Made by a program: the position numbers and the translations under genes
Virus record (IMG/VR): IMGVR_UViG_3300047160_007019
Location: 1 to 64,000 of that record
Direction: 5' to 3' (one strand)
Length of the DNA: 64,000 nt
Source: a virus
Taxonomy: Duplodnaviria; Caudoviricetes
Notes under the pieces: model-generated
Databases searched by the model: none
What the model was told of the DNA's origin: nothing
What the model saw: the letters and a program-made list of their open reading frames with translations, nothing else
In this document: in pieces, positions 1 through 10,217 of the stretch
Layout of the letters: each line of letters starts with the position of its first letter
How positions within the stretch are numbered: position 1 is the stretch's first letter

Positions 1-55
1 CGGCCGGGTGCTCGGGTACTCCCGCCGCGGCCTGCACGATCCGGCGGCCTAAGCC

Positions 56-289
56 ATGACCACCAAGCCCGAGGTTCCGATTCTGACGGCGGAGATGGTT
101 CAGTTGGTAGATTGCTTTTGGCCGGAAGAACAGGCTGCACTGGACGCCATCGCCAACGGCACCGCCAAGGTCGTGTCGGCGGAGAGGCTGGCGGAGTTGG
201 AGGAACGGGAGAAGGCGTGGCTGCACTTGACCGGCGGTCCGAAGCCCGCCAATTGGATCGACCCTGATGATTGCGAGGAAGAACCATGA
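56..289 (+). CDS. hypothetical early phage protein
   Basis: ORF, translationally coupled (ATGA overlap) to next gene. Confidence 0.6.
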   Translation: MTTKPEVPILTAEMVQLVDCFWPEEQAALDAIANGTAKVVSAERLAELEEREKAWLHLTGGPKPANWIDPDDCEEEP

Positions 290-570
290 GCTTTATCTGC
301 CCATATTGCGGCGCTGAACACGGTTGTATTTCCGGCCTGAACATGCCGCTGTTAACCGAACAGCGTACCGCCGAGCTTGCCGAACTCGCCTCCCTGCGCG
401 CCCAGGTGAAGGCGTTGGAGGCGGATGCGGGGAGGTATCGGTGGCTGCGCGATCAGGTGTTTTTTTGGGATACTTGTGAAGACTGGCTTGACCATAACGG
501 CGACGGGGAAGGCTTGGGGCCAGATGACTGCGACGCGCTTATCGACGCCGCGATGAAGGAGAAGCCATGA
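286..570 (+). CDS. hypothetical protein (N-terminal CPYC, EADAGRYRWLRD motif common in small phage proteins)
   Basis: ATG at 286 overlaps upstream stop; motif recognition. Confidence 0.65.
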   Translation: MSFICPYCGAEHGCISGLNMPLLTEQRTAELAELASLRAQVKALEADAGRYRWLRDQVFFWDTCEDWLDHNGDGEGLGPDDCDALIDAAMKEKP

Positions 571-845
571 GCACGGCTATGAGCAGGACGCCCAAGTATT
601 CGGGCCGCTTCTGCTTTTGGTGTTCCGTCGATTTGTCTCTTGGCGCAGGATTTTTCTGCCGAAAATGCTACCGCCTAAGAAGCAGAGCAATTAAAGAACT
701 AACGTGTGGACTGGCTCCTCGTTTCGGGTCAAGATCGGCTGTGGAAAAACAAATTCGGCCCCTGTTTTCTCCGCCATCGGATGATCCCGTTGTGGCTATC
801 GAAGGACGAAATGGCCTCCTATTTAAGCTTAGGAGTGCAGCGTAA
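567..845 (+). CDS. hypothetical protein with CxxC...CxxC zinc-finger-like motif
   Basis: CFWC...CRKC; coupled ORF. Confidence 0.55.
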   Translation: MSTAMSRTPKYSGRFCFWCSVDLSLGAGFFCRKCYRLRSRAIKELTCGLAPRFGSRSAVEKQIRPLFSPPSDDPVVAIEGRNGLLFKLRSAA

Positions 846-1237
846 TGTCCGCCTACCCCAACCTCGAACGTTTCCTGAGCGCGGATGAGAGGCGGGCGCA
901 GTTCGGACCCGCCGTCTCCACCATCGCCCCCGAGATTCGCGCGCTGCTGGCCGAGACGCGCGCTCTGGAAGATGTACTGCGGCAAATCGTCGAACAGCGG
1001 GACGCGCTGCTGGCCGAGGTCGAAAGGTTGAAGGCGGCGCTGGCCGCGTCGTGCGATGAGCAGCGGCATGAACTGTCGCCATGTCCGCGCGCTGCCGTGC
1101 CGCCCGACCCCGACACCCTCCGCTGCGCGCTCTCCGATGCCTGCCATGAAGCCTTTTCCAACGGCGACGGGCATCTGCTGCCCGAGCATCTGCAGGCCGA
1201 GCTGGCTAAGCGGGGGTTGAGGATTGTGAGGATATGA
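845..1237 (+). CDS. hypothetical coiled-coil phage protein
   Basis: RDALLAEVERLK motif; coupled ORF. Confidence 0.6.
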   Translation: MSAYPNLERFLSADERRAQFGPAVSTIAPEIRALLAETRALEDVLRQIVEQRDALLAEVERLKAALAASCDEQRHELSPCPRAAVPPDPDTLRCALSDACHEAFSNGDGHLLPEHLQAELAKRGLRIVRI

Positions 1238-1244
1238 GAACGTC

Positions 1245-1454
1245 GTGAAGCGAATCCTGGAGATTCTGGCGCTGCTGTCCTTGGCTCTTGCCGCAGCAAC
1301 GATGGCCGGTCTGATAGTGAAGGTGCTGCGCTACCAGGACGCAGCCCGTCACCCGGTTACTGGTCCTCCTGCGTCGCCACGGCAGGTTCGGCCGGCGCTG
1401 CCTTGGGCGAGGCCAAAGCCGGCGGCGCTGCGTTATCGCGTAGACGAGCCCTGA
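1245..1454 (+). CDS. small membrane protein
   Basis: N-terminal hydrophobic helix; 3' end overlaps convergent giant ORF. Confidence 0.45.
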   Translation: MKRILEILALLSLALAAATMAGLIVKVLRYQDAARHPVTGPPASPRQVRPALPWARPKPAALRYRVDEP

Positions 1455-4400
1455 CTCTGGCTCGTATCTCTCGTGGTGGCATGCCGCTTTTTGCCATCTG
1501 TTCGATAGCTTCTCCAGTACGGCCAATATCAATCAACTGATTTATCGTCATCGGTAACTGACTGCGCAGACCGGGGATGCCTTCCTGAATGGCTGGCACA
1601 AAGCCTTTCGTCTCTCTGGAATAAGGCTTACCGCTCAACTGTCCAGTCAGGCTCAAGATAGGCTTGTCCATGTCCATCTCGCGGGCGACCCACTGTGCCA
1701 CACCAGGAACTACCTTGGACTTTGCTAGCTCTCCGAGATAAGTGGCAAGACCTTCCGACATGGTTTTGGACTGTCCGATCTTCTCCCAATCTGCCGTCTC
1801 GCGCAGGAACGGAACTTCGCTGACGAGGCCGAAAGCGCCGTGGAGCATTCCTTCCCACAAGCCTTCATGTTCATCAGGGTTACGCTTGTTGATCGCCATA
1901 TCAGCCACGCGGCGCACTGTAGATCCAAGTTGTGCTGCTTGGAAGGCCGGAGCCTCAGTCACCGACTTAGGCACGTCCACGCCATTGATCCGAACGAATC
2001 CTGGCCGCACATCCTCCGCTGAACGCTTCTCGTTCTTTTGGTAGTACCCACCGAACATCTGCGGAGCGAAGTAACCAAGCAGAAGTAGCGGACCTCCAAT
2101 GGCACCCTTCTTGAGTTCCCGCATGATCTGATCGGCTTGTTCCGGCTCCAGGCTCTCGATGCCTTTCCTGATCGCCAAAGCGTATTTGGCACTGCCAGTA
2201 GCAAGGCCGGCGGCATATTGCATCGTCTCCGCAACGATATTGGTCGGGACTCTAACGATGGGGAATACGGTACGCATAGCTGTGGCAGCGATCTTGCCGC
2301 CAACGCTGGCGTGGCCCTCCTTGTCCTTGCGCTCCATCCGGCCGATGGTTTCGTTGAAAAAGTCTACTACTCTATTGTCGCCCAAGAAGATCGAACGATT
2401 GGCTTCCTTCCAGGCGTTGACCCCCATCTGGAACTTGACCATCGGATCTTGTACGTCAATGCCTTGGGCGATGTAATTGCTAGCTTGTTTCTCGAAGGCC
2501 CTGGCAAACTCGGCTTCCTTCACGGCGTTCTTGAATGCACCGTGGCTCAAGCCGACCCAATCAGCCAGAGAGTCTGGCTGCACGTCACTCTCTTTCAGGT
2601 TCTTATCGGAACCATGGCCGTACAACAGTTCTTTCTCAGTGTCGCCACGCTTGGCGAGATAGTTGCCGAAGTGCTTGTGGTAATTGACCAAGCCCTCTCG
2701 CAGAGCTTTGGCCTCTGCCTTGGCGTTGAGGCCACCGCCTTGGATCGGCGCTCTCTTGGACAATTCTGGCAATAGGTAATGGAAACCTTGCCCAGCCAGT
2801 TCCTCAATGGGGCGCGTCACGAGCCGTGCGGCAGCAGCTGCGGTTAGTTTCCCGAAAACTGCTGGCGACGACAATAGGAAAGCACGGCTCCAGCGAGTAT
2901 AAAAGTCAGCCCACTTCTCGTATCCGCGACGGTTTTCGAGGCGCTTGGTGAGCTTGGCCTTCTGCCATTCTTTCTTGGCTGCGTTAAGCTCGGCTTGAAG
3001 TTTGTTGCCTTCCTCGTCCATGACCAGCGGGCGACGTTCCTTGGCCGAGAAGTCTCCCCTAGCAGTGCGCTCCAAGGTATCCGCGATAATCCCGTGTACG
3101 CGCGTCTTCCACGCCTGTAGGGCGATCCGGTTCTTTTCCTCCGGGGACATGGCCTTCTGGCGCATGTCATTGAGTGTTCCATTTAGCTTGTCGCGCTCAG
3201 CACGCAAGGCTTCCAATTCTGGACTGCTCAGTTTCTCAGGAGCGCCTGGCTTGGAGATGTCGCCAAGACTGATCTTTCGATTCAGTTCGTCAATCCGGCC
3301 GCGGACCTGCGCCATGGCGTCTTCAAGATTTTTCTGCCTGACCAGAGGGTCGGCATTCTTCAACGTCTCGAACTCCTGTTTGAGCGCGTCCCTGCGGGCC
3401 TTAAGAGCGTCAAGTTCCTTGCTGCTGACTGGAGGCTTTCCAGGTTCCGGCTGGAAATCCTTTTCCTTGATGCGCTGCTCGTAACGGTCAATGGACTTTT
3501 GTACCGCCTTCTTGGCCGCCTCGATCCGCTGCTCGTCGGTCATCTCCGGCTTTCCAAAGATGTCATCAAACTGCTGCTTCAAATCGTCTCGATGCTTCTT
3601 CAGCTCCTCGGCCTCGGCGTCGTATTTGACCTTGGTCTTTTCATCGACGAATTTCTTGCCAGTCGCGATCTGATAATCCAGGTCCGATATTTGGTTGCGC
3701 AGGCGCGTCTTAATGCTGGCCAGAGCGCCTTTGAGGGTGTCTTCAGTTTTCCCATCCAAGAAGCCGGCCCGACGCTTAGCCTCGTTTACTTGCTGGATCA
3801 GGCGACGTTCTTCATCGCTGGGCGTGCGCCGCTCCATGCCGGTCTTTAGAGGCGCCTTACCGGCCTCGATGTCCTGAAGCTTGGCGACTTGCTGGGCCTG
3901 TCCGCGTAGATCGCGCAGGGTGGCCTTCACGGCATCCGGATTGAGTTTCTTGAAGTCGCCGTATCCGGAAATGGCATCCATGGTCTGACGACGGGTAATG
4001 TCCGGTGCCACGTGCTGCTTCAGGACTTGGTGAACGGCGTCCACCAGAGGATCAAGTTTGTCGACTCCTTGGCGAATGAATGACTCGCATAGGCGTTGGA
4101 TGTAACTCCCCATATCTTCCAGAGGCTTGCCACCGTCGAAGTCCTTTTTCATTGACTTGACGATTTCGCCAGCATCCTTCTTCGGAGCGCGCTTTCGTCC
4201 AGCCTTGGTATCAGCCGCGTCTTCCCCTTTGACCTTCGTCTTCAGAGCATCCACGACCTCCTTGCCTTGGTCTTGGGATGCTTTCTCGTCAGCCTTGACC
4301 TCCTTCTTATCCACGGCCTTTTTGGCGTCGTTGATCCTCTTGTTTGACTTTTCCACGACCTTCCGGTCAGCGTCAGTTAGCGGCGCGCCATGGGCTGCTG

Positions 4401-7185
4401 TGCGGTATTGTTGGGCCATGGAGGCGAGTTCATAGCTCTCGTCCGCCATCATCTTGCGAGCGGCAAGGCCACGGCCTTGTTCGGCACCTACGGAGCGTAG
4501 AACTTTGTCCAAAGCATCCATGTCATCTTCGATGGCGGCTGTACGAGTGGCGTATTCGCCCACCGTGGCTTCGTCAGAGCCGGCATCGTTCACCAAAGCC
4601 ATGGCCTTCTGATAGGCGTTATGCAGTGTGACACGGCGATGCAACAGCATCGCGTTCTCCACGTCGTTGAGAGGACGTGGCTTGGCTCTTACCTCATCTA
4701 CTAGACGGCCAACCGATTCAGGGTCTTCCATGATCCGTTCTTTGGCCTCGTCCCACGATTGGCCAAAGCCTTTACTTGCCGCCGACTCCAAAGGCGGAAG
4801 TCCGCGTGCCTCACGTTCCTTATCTACCGTGGCGTGCTTGATGCCGGTGATGTTAGAGGCATAGTCAGGGTCCAATGAGAAGTCGGTACTCGCACCGCCT
4901 TCAATCTTCGCCTCAGAACCACTCTGGCTGAATGCCGGCACCGCCTCACCTCCACCACCGCGCTCCGGCCCAATCTCCTCCAGCGCCTGCCGCACTGCAG
5001 CTCTGGCACCTTCGATGTCCTGCACGAAGCGTGATGCCTGACGGCCCAACTGGTCCGGCGTAGCGCCACCCAGGCGCTGCACGGTGCGATCGAGGAAGTC
5101 CTGAACGTGTGCCATGACGCGGCGGAATACGGACGGCTCCAGGACCTTTTGCAGTTCGCGGATGAAGGCTGGGTCTGCGAAGTGGTCGCCTACCGTCTCG
5201 GCCAGGCGCTCCTCGGTCAAATTGTCCTGCGACAAATCCGACATGCCCAATTCGCGTCGACGCTCGAACAGCATCTTCTCGAACCGCTTGCCAACTTCGG
5301 TGTTGAGAGAACTGGCGATGTTCTGCAGCAGCCGGTTGTAGGTGTCTGGCTGCTCGCTGCGCAGGGAATGCAGGAGCTCGTGGCCGATGATCTGTGCATG
5401 CGGCTTCGTCGCATCGGCGTTGATGTACAACTTGTTGCCGCCAATGTGCACGCCCCGGACTTCCGGCACGTCGCCCTTGAAGAAGACAACCTCTCGGCCG
5501 AACATGCGCTGTATGGCGTTGGCCAGGGCGCGGTTGGCCCTGCTGGTGGCTGGGACGCGCTCTAACTTCACGTCGCGGCCCAATTGCTCCGGCTCCGACA
5601 TCTGGTTCTGCAGGTCTTCCAGGCTACCGGGTTCCGCTGCTGTGTGGCGCATCGCTGCCGATGGGCGGTACTGACTTTCTTTTCCATCCTCAACGCCTTC
5701 CAGTGAGAAGAACGGCTCATGTTGGCTGGGCAGTCCCTCACGGCTAGCGGTCAAGCTCCGGCCATTGGCGATGGTGTCGAAATGCCGGATTCCCACGTCG
5801 CGCGCGAATGCCCCGATGTTTGCAGAAGCTTTCAGGTCGGCCGGCGCGTCTCCTGTCTTCAGGATCATGTTAGAGGCGTTGGAGCGGTCGATGGCCCGCA
5901 GCAGCACTCCCGCGCCGCTGGCCGTATCACCAGTACGCAGTTTGCTCATCTCATTGACATTTATCGGCACCCAACCGACCGGTTTGTGTTGGAAATCCAG
6001 CAATAGCACTCCACTCGGCTCTGGCATCTTGCGGGTCAGGCTGATTGCCTTTTCCATTGAGCTTACCGCCTCTGGCCGCTCTCCGACCATCTTCTCGAAC
6101 CGGCGTCCGGTGACCGGGACTTCGCTGGTGCGGACTGCAGGGGCGATGGATATTTCCCTGGAAGCACCGCCATTCTCTATGTCGTAGAACGAGGCTTTGC
6201 CGTCCGGGGTAACCACCACCATGCCCTTCGGGTCGATGCCGGTACCGCGCAGAGCTTTGGTCAACCGGTCGGTGAGCGAAATATCGGCCCGGCTCTGGTG
6301 TACCGCACCACTGGGATGGTTGTGGGCGAACCAGACTTTCTTAGCGCCTGGAACGGCGTGAATGCTGCCCATAAGCCCAGCAGGGTCAACGCTCGCTGCG
6401 TCCTTAACCCCGATGGTGTGCCGCAGCACTGCGAGCGGCTTGCCATCCTTGTCGGTGACCAGGGCCAACATGCTTTCCTGCGGCTCGCGCCGAAGTGGGG
6501 CAATGACATGGGCAGCTTGCTCAGGCGTGGTAACCCGGTCAATTCCAGACCGGAACGTGCCCGTGCGGACCGCCTTTACGGTGCGCCAGAACTTCCCTTC
6601 GGACCGCGGCGGCGCGGCGGCAGTGTCACGACCTTTGGCGGAGAACAGGTCGAGCTGGCCCTGTATGGGGGCGGGGGACTGAATGTCTGCACCCGTTCCG
6701 GCAGCCTTGTTACCCCGTTGTAGGTTGGCAGCTTCTCGCTCATCGTAGTTGTACTCGGTTGGCTCGAATAGGGACTGCTGGCCATGTGCGGTGGCTTCGT
6801 CTGCCGCTCGATCAGATCCGGTCAGGCGGAGGTCATTGGCGGATTTGTCGGCAGCGGCCTTCTTCGCTTCTTCATCCGCCTTGGCCTTTTCGGCGGCAGC
6901 GGCTTCCTTAGCGGCTTTCTCCTTGGCCGTTACGTCTTCGGAGGTATGGGTTTCTAGCTTGAAAGGCTCTTTCTCTGTTGGAATCTCTCCGCCGGCAGCG
7001 ATGATCTGCTTGTGGATGTCGTCGCGCTCAGCGTGAAGGTCGTCCAGGACCTGCTCAGCAGCCCTGCGCTCAGCCTCTCCCGGCTCTATGCCGGAGTCTT
7101 CATTGTGTTTTGCGAGCGCCCTGATCTGCTTGGCGTAGTAGTCAGGCACCTTGGTTGTCAGAAGACATTTGGCTAACTTTTTCAT
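1357..7185 (-). CDS. giant polyvalent/internal virion protein: RadC-like JAB domain, second degenerate JAB-like domain, zincin metallopeptidase, long coiled-coil region
   Basis: QESMLAL...AHNHPSG...SRAD (JAB); GHELLH...EERLAE (HExxH zincin); 1942 aa at the end of the virion operon. Confidence 0.8.
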   Translation of the reverse strand: MKKLAKCLLTTKVPDYYAKQIRALAKHNEDSGIEPGEAERRAAEQVLDDLHAERDDIHKQIIAAGGEIPTEKEPFKLETHTSEDVTAKEKAAKEAAAAEKAKADEEAKKAAADKSANDLRLTGSDRAADEATAHGQQSLFEPTEYNYDEREAANLQRGNKAAGTGADIQSPAPIQGQLDLFSAKGRDTAAAPPRSEGKFWRTVKAVRTGTFRSGIDRVTTPEQAAHVIAPLRREPQESMLALVTDKDGKPLAVLRHTIGVKDAASVDPAGLMGSIHAVPGAKKVWFAHNHPSGAVHQSRADISLTDRLTKALRGTGIDPKGMVVVTPDGKASFYDIENGGASREISIAPAVRTSEVPVTGRRFEKMVGERPEAVSSMEKAISLTRKMPEPSGVLLLDFQHKPVGWVPINVNEMSKLRTGDTASGAGVLLRAIDRSNASNMILKTGDAPADLKASANIGAFARDVGIRHFDTIANGRSLTASREGLPSQHEPFFSLEGVEDGKESQYRPSAAMRHTAAEPGSLEDLQNQMSEPEQLGRDVKLERVPATSRANRALANAIQRMFGREVVFFKGDVPEVRGVHIGGNKLYINADATKPHAQIIGHELLHSLRSEQPDTYNRLLQNIASSLNTEVGKRFEKMLFERRRELGMSDLSQDNLTEERLAETVGDHFADPAFIRELQKVLEPSVFRRVMAHVQDFLDRTVQRLGGATPDQLGRQASRFVQDIEGARAAVRQALEEIGPERGGGGEAVPAFSQSGSEAKIEGGASTDFSLDPDYASNITGIKHATVDKEREARGLPPLESAASKGFGQSWDEAKERIMEDPESVGRLVDEVRAKPRPLNDVENAMLLHRRVTLHNAYQKAMALVNDAGSDEATVGEYATRTAAIEDDMDALDKVLRSVGAEQGRGLAARKMMADESYELASMAQQYRTAAHGAPLTDADRKVVEKSNKRINDAKKAVDKKEVKADEKASQDQGKEVVDALKTKVKGEDAADTKAGRKRAPKKDAGEIVKSMKKDFDGGKPLEDMGSYIQRLCESFIRQGVDKLDPLVDAVHQVLKQHVAPDITRRQTMDAISGYGDFKKLNPDAVKATLRDLRGQAQQVAKLQDIEAGKAPLKTGMERRTPSDEERRLIQQVNEAKRRAGFLDGKTEDTLKGALASIKTRLRNQISDLDYQIATGKKFVDEKTKVKYDAEAEELKKHRDDLKQQFDDIFGKPEMTDEQRIEAAKKAVQKSIDRYEQRIKEKDFQPEPGKPPVSSKELDALKARRDALKQEFETLKNADPLVRQKNLEDAMAQVRGRIDELNRKISLGDISKPGAPEKLSSPELEALRAERDKLNGTLNDMRQKAMSPEEKNRIALQAWKTRVHGIIADTLERTARGDFSAKERRPLVMDEEGNKLQAELNAAKKEWQKAKLTKRLENRRGYEKWADFYTRWSRAFLLSSPAVFGKLTAAAAARLVTRPIEELAGQGFHYLLPELSKRAPIQGGGLNAKAEAKALREGLVNYHKHFGNYLAKRGDTEKELLYGHGSDKNLKESDVQPDSLADWVGLSHGAFKNAVKEAEFARAFEKQASNYIAQGIDVQDPMVKFQMGVNAWKEANRSIFLGDNRVVDFFNETIGRMERKDKEGHASVGGKIAATAMRTVFPIVRVPTNIVAETMQYAAGLATGSAKYALAIRKGIESLEPEQADQIMRELKKGAIGGPLLLLGYFAPQMFGGYYQKNEKRSAEDVRPGFVRINGVDVPKSVTEAPAFQAAQLGSTVRRVADMAINKRNPDEHEGLWEGMLHGAFGLVSEVPFLRETADWEKIGQSKTMSEGLATYLGELAKSKVVPGVAQWVAREMDMDKPILSLTGQLSGKPYSRETKGFVPAIQEGIPGLRSQLPMTINQLIDIGRTGEAIEQMAKSGMPPREIRARVRARLRDNAAPPALASPKAAPAEPAVATQEDQ

Positions 7186-7349
7186 TTGCCCACCATGTCA
7201 AGAAACACCATCGCTATCTCGAATACGTCCCCATCGTTTTCGTCGATCCAGGGTTTTTGTTTTGTAAAACCACTGGGTGCAAAGCCTCCTGACTCAACCG
7301 TCTCGGCAGATGGCTTAGGTGAAAGATTGCATAGCAGGGCTGCGAGCAT
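7182..7349 (-). CDS. small hypothetical protein (55 aa, below ORF-track cutoff)
   Basis: MLAALLCNLSP...DENDGDVFEIAMVFLDMVGK; fills gap, stop overlaps next ATG. Confidence 0.55.
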   Translation of the reverse strand: MLAALLCNLSPKPSAETVESGGFAPSGFTKQKPWIDENDGDVFEIAMVFLDMVGK

Positions 7350-7352
7350 GGA

Positions 7353-10217
7353 TCAATTCAGTGCAGCCTTTGGTACATCGGTCTTGCAGAAATTAACCAC
7401 GTTTGTTTCGCCTGTTGCTGAGGTTGTCAGGCCGAGGTACATGAATTCCTGGGCGGTTCCGGTGTTGATCGCTGCCAGGGTAAGCGCTGTAGCGGCCAGC
7501 GCACCATAACCTGCACCGTTGTGAGTGCGCAGAACCATGGCGGCCGGTGTCACCGATGCTCCCGTGGAGGGCAAGGTCATGCATACCTTGATGTCGGCAG
7601 TATCGATCGCGGCCGTGCCGGCCGAACTGGCAGCCGTGGTAATGAACGCCGCATCGGTGCCTACCGCTCCGGTCGTGCCGTAATGTGCCTTGATGATGTG
7701 TGTATCCGTTCCGGCGGCGGTTTTGGATATGCCCACATCCCAGCAAATTTGCAGTCCTGTCTGTGCCCATTGCGGAGGCAGCTTGACCAGCGTACCTGGG
7801 ATCACAACCTCGGTCGCGGCCGTGCTCGCCAGCGAGTTTCCACTACACCCTGGGCCATTGCTGCCCATGTTGCCGGACAGTGTTCCGTTGCCGGTCCATT
7901 CGAAGATCGGCCCCACCGGCATCTGTGTTGCTGACGCGGTTACGCCTTCGATCACAGGCATCGCGTCGCCATTACCTACCTGATAGCGATCCCAGTAGTT
8001 CGGCCCTGACAAGAACGATTGCAGGGTGCCGGTTGAGGTCAGGCCCATTGCCACCACACCGCCACCGCTTGGGCCGCCAGCGTCACCGTCGTAGAAATGG
8101 ATATTTCTGGAAGTGAAAGCGCCGCTGACTGCACTGGCCTCAAAACGCACGCCAGGACGACGCACGCGGTTGATGGCGCCATCGTTGGTCGAATTGCCGC
8201 CGTTCATCACCTGCTGGTATAAGTTGGCCGAGTCGGCATTGTGAAATTCGAAGCAGGCTGGGCCATAGTTGGTACCGTAGGACCAGCGGCCTTGGTTCAC
8301 GGTGTAAAGGTTGGTGTTTGTGGTGGAAGTGCCCTCCGTCATCCAGCACGACCCGTTGTTGGGGCTGGCTTGGACGATGTTGGCACCCGTACTCATCGTC
8401 GGGTTCTCGCCAGCAGCATCCGTGCTGACGCCGCAACTGGTCAAGGTGGTGGTTCCGCCGCCGCCCTGGCAGTTGATGTAATAGACCGACCCATTGTTGG
8501 CAGTGAACCAGAAATAGCCTGGGGTGAAGAACCCGTTGGCGGCAGCAATGGATATGCTTTGCGATCCGGCGGCTGTCATCACCTGACCGCTGGAACCCGC
8601 CGCAATAGTGGTCGGCGTCAGACTCACAGCGGTTGAGACATTCGACTGCGGTGTGTTGGTGTTGTCGAGTTGTCGCGCGCCGATGTTGTCCATGATCCCC
8701 CGCCCGGTGGACGCGGTGATGCCGGTCATGTTGGCAGTGCCGAGGTCAAAGGCGTTGAGCGCATCGACGACGAACACGCTGCGGAAGTCGAAGCCCGTGA
8801 CATCGATGAGCCTCAGGCCCGTCGCGCATGGGTTCTGGTCGCCATTGCGGCAATCGATTCCTATACCATAAGCTCCGGCCCCATTGATGGTCTGGTTGTT
8901 CGCGGTGATTGCCGAGAACTGGACGAAGCCGTTGAAAGCCGTGCCGCCATCGTTGTTCGTACCCCACCAGACCAGATAGGTTCCTCCAGCCTTGGCATAA
9001 TTGCCGGCGTCCTGGTTGGCAGGCATACCCTGTCCGACAAGGACAGCCCCCTGCGTGAATAGCAACGGCGACGGGCAAGCCCAGCGGTTGGTCGCGCTGG
9101 GCGGGAAGTAAACATGAACACCAGGATAGGCAAGACCGTTGACGTAGCTGACAAGGCTGGCGCACGCGGTGGTGTTGTCTGTACCCCACTGGACTGCGTA
9201 GGCAACACTGGTCGTAGCCGTCACCGTCGTTGCCGGGTTCGGGCTTACATTGACTGAGGTGGTCGAGTTGAACGCGCTGATCGTCCCGACATAGGTAGCG
9301 CCATTGGTGCCGGCGCCGCGAATCGTGATGCGCTTGCCTACGTCGGTCGAGGCGAACGGCGTGGAGGCGCAGGAGTTGGGGCAGTTGATCGTGGCATTAC
9401 TAGCGGTAGCTACAACCTGGGTGCCGGTAGTCGTGATCTCGTATGCAACCTTGTGGTCACCTACCATGCCAAAGTCGGCAGCAGCATCCACATGCCCGAC
9501 GATACGGTTGTAATTGGCCGACGTGATGCCGCCTGGGTTGGTGCTGTTTGCAGGCTGCAAGGTCAGCGTGTTGGTGCTGATCGAGCCGCCATTGGCATTC
9601 GGCGTCGATCCGAACGTGCCCATCTGGATGGCCGTACAGGTTGAACCCAAGGTGCAGGTCTGACCGTTGACCGTGGTGCTGCTGTTAGCCAACTGCGCAT
9701 TGGTCACGGTACCGCTGAGCGATGTGGTGGGGATGGTGGTGCTGGCCGTCCACGCGCTGCTGCCGTTGCCGTAGAGATATCCGGTCAGGCCGGTGCCGCC
9801 GCCGAACGAGGACAGGGGAATCGTGCTGGCCGCAGTAAACGACGGCGCGCCAGTCGATCCGATGAAGTTGCCGAACAGCGTTCCGGTGCTGGCGCTGGTC
9901 AGGCTGAACGTCAGCGCCGGGGTAGTGCTGGCCGTAGCGACCGACGTGGTGAACAGTGGCGATAGGCTGCCCGCGCTGAAACTGGTCACAGTGCCAGAAG
10001 CGCACGGGCCTCCAGCATCGCCCAGTGCACCAGTGGTGCTGCTGTAGTTGGCGCAATCGCTGGTGGTCGTGGCACCGACCGATGGCAGGTTCGCGCCAGA
10101 ACCCGATAGGTTCAGATTGACGTAGCTGCCGGTGTTGGTGTTGAGAACCGATACGGGCTGATCCGCTCCGGCTGCAAAAGTCAGCAGGGCAAGCCCAAGG
10201 GCGAGAAACTTCTTCAC
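7353..10217 (-). CDS. tail spike/fibre-like protein with putative beta-helix (pectate-lyase-like) region
   Basis: DFGMVGD...GTDNTTA..SL...YFPP..W motif typical of spike beta-helix entry; Thr/Ser/Gly rich; GTG start at 10217 with GGAGG SD. Confidence 0.65.
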   Translation of the reverse strand: MKKFLALGLALLTFAAGADQPVSVLNTNTGSYVNLNLSGSGANLPSVGATTTSDCANYSSTTGALGDAGGPCASGTVTSFSAGSLSPLFTTSVATASTTPALTFSLTSASTGTLFGNFIGSTGAPSFTAASTIPLSSFGGGTGLTGYLYGNGSSAWTASTTIPTTSLSGTVTNAQLANSSTTVNGQTCTLGSTCTAIQMGTFGSTPNANGGSISTNTLTLQPANSTNPGGITSANYNRIVGHVDAAADFGMVGDHKVAYEITTTGTQVVATASNATINCPNSCASTPFASTDVGKRITIRGAGTNGATYVGTISAFNSTTSVNVSPNPATTVTATTSVAYAVQWGTDNTTACASLVSYVNGLAYPGVHVYFPPSATNRWACPSPLLFTQGAVLVGQGMPANQDAGNYAKAGGTYLVWWGTNNDGGTAFNGFVQFSAITANNQTINGAGAYGIGIDCRNGDQNPCATGLRLIDVTGFDFRSVFVVDALNAFDLGTANMTGITASTGRGIMDNIGARQLDNTNTPQSNVSTAVSLTPTTIAAGSSGQVMTAAGSQSISIAAANGFFTPGYFWFTANNGSVYYINCQGGGGTTTLTSCGVSTDAAGENPTMSTGANIVQASPNNGSCWMTEGTSTTNTNLYTVNQGRWSYGTNYGPACFEFHNADSANLYQQVMNGGNSTNDGAINRVRRPGVRFEASAVSGAFTSRNIHFYDGDAGGPSGGGVVAMGLTSTGTLQSFLSGPNYWDRYQVGNGDAMPVIEGVTASATQMPVGPIFEWTGNGTLSGNMGSNGPGCSGNSLASTAATEVVIPGTLVKLPPQWAQTGLQICWDVGISKTAAGTDTHIIKAHYGTTGAVGTDAAFITTAASSAGTAAIDTADIKVCMTLPSTGASVTPAAMVLRTHNGAGYGALAATALTLAAINTGTAQEFMYLGLTTSATGETNVVNFCKTDVPKAALN

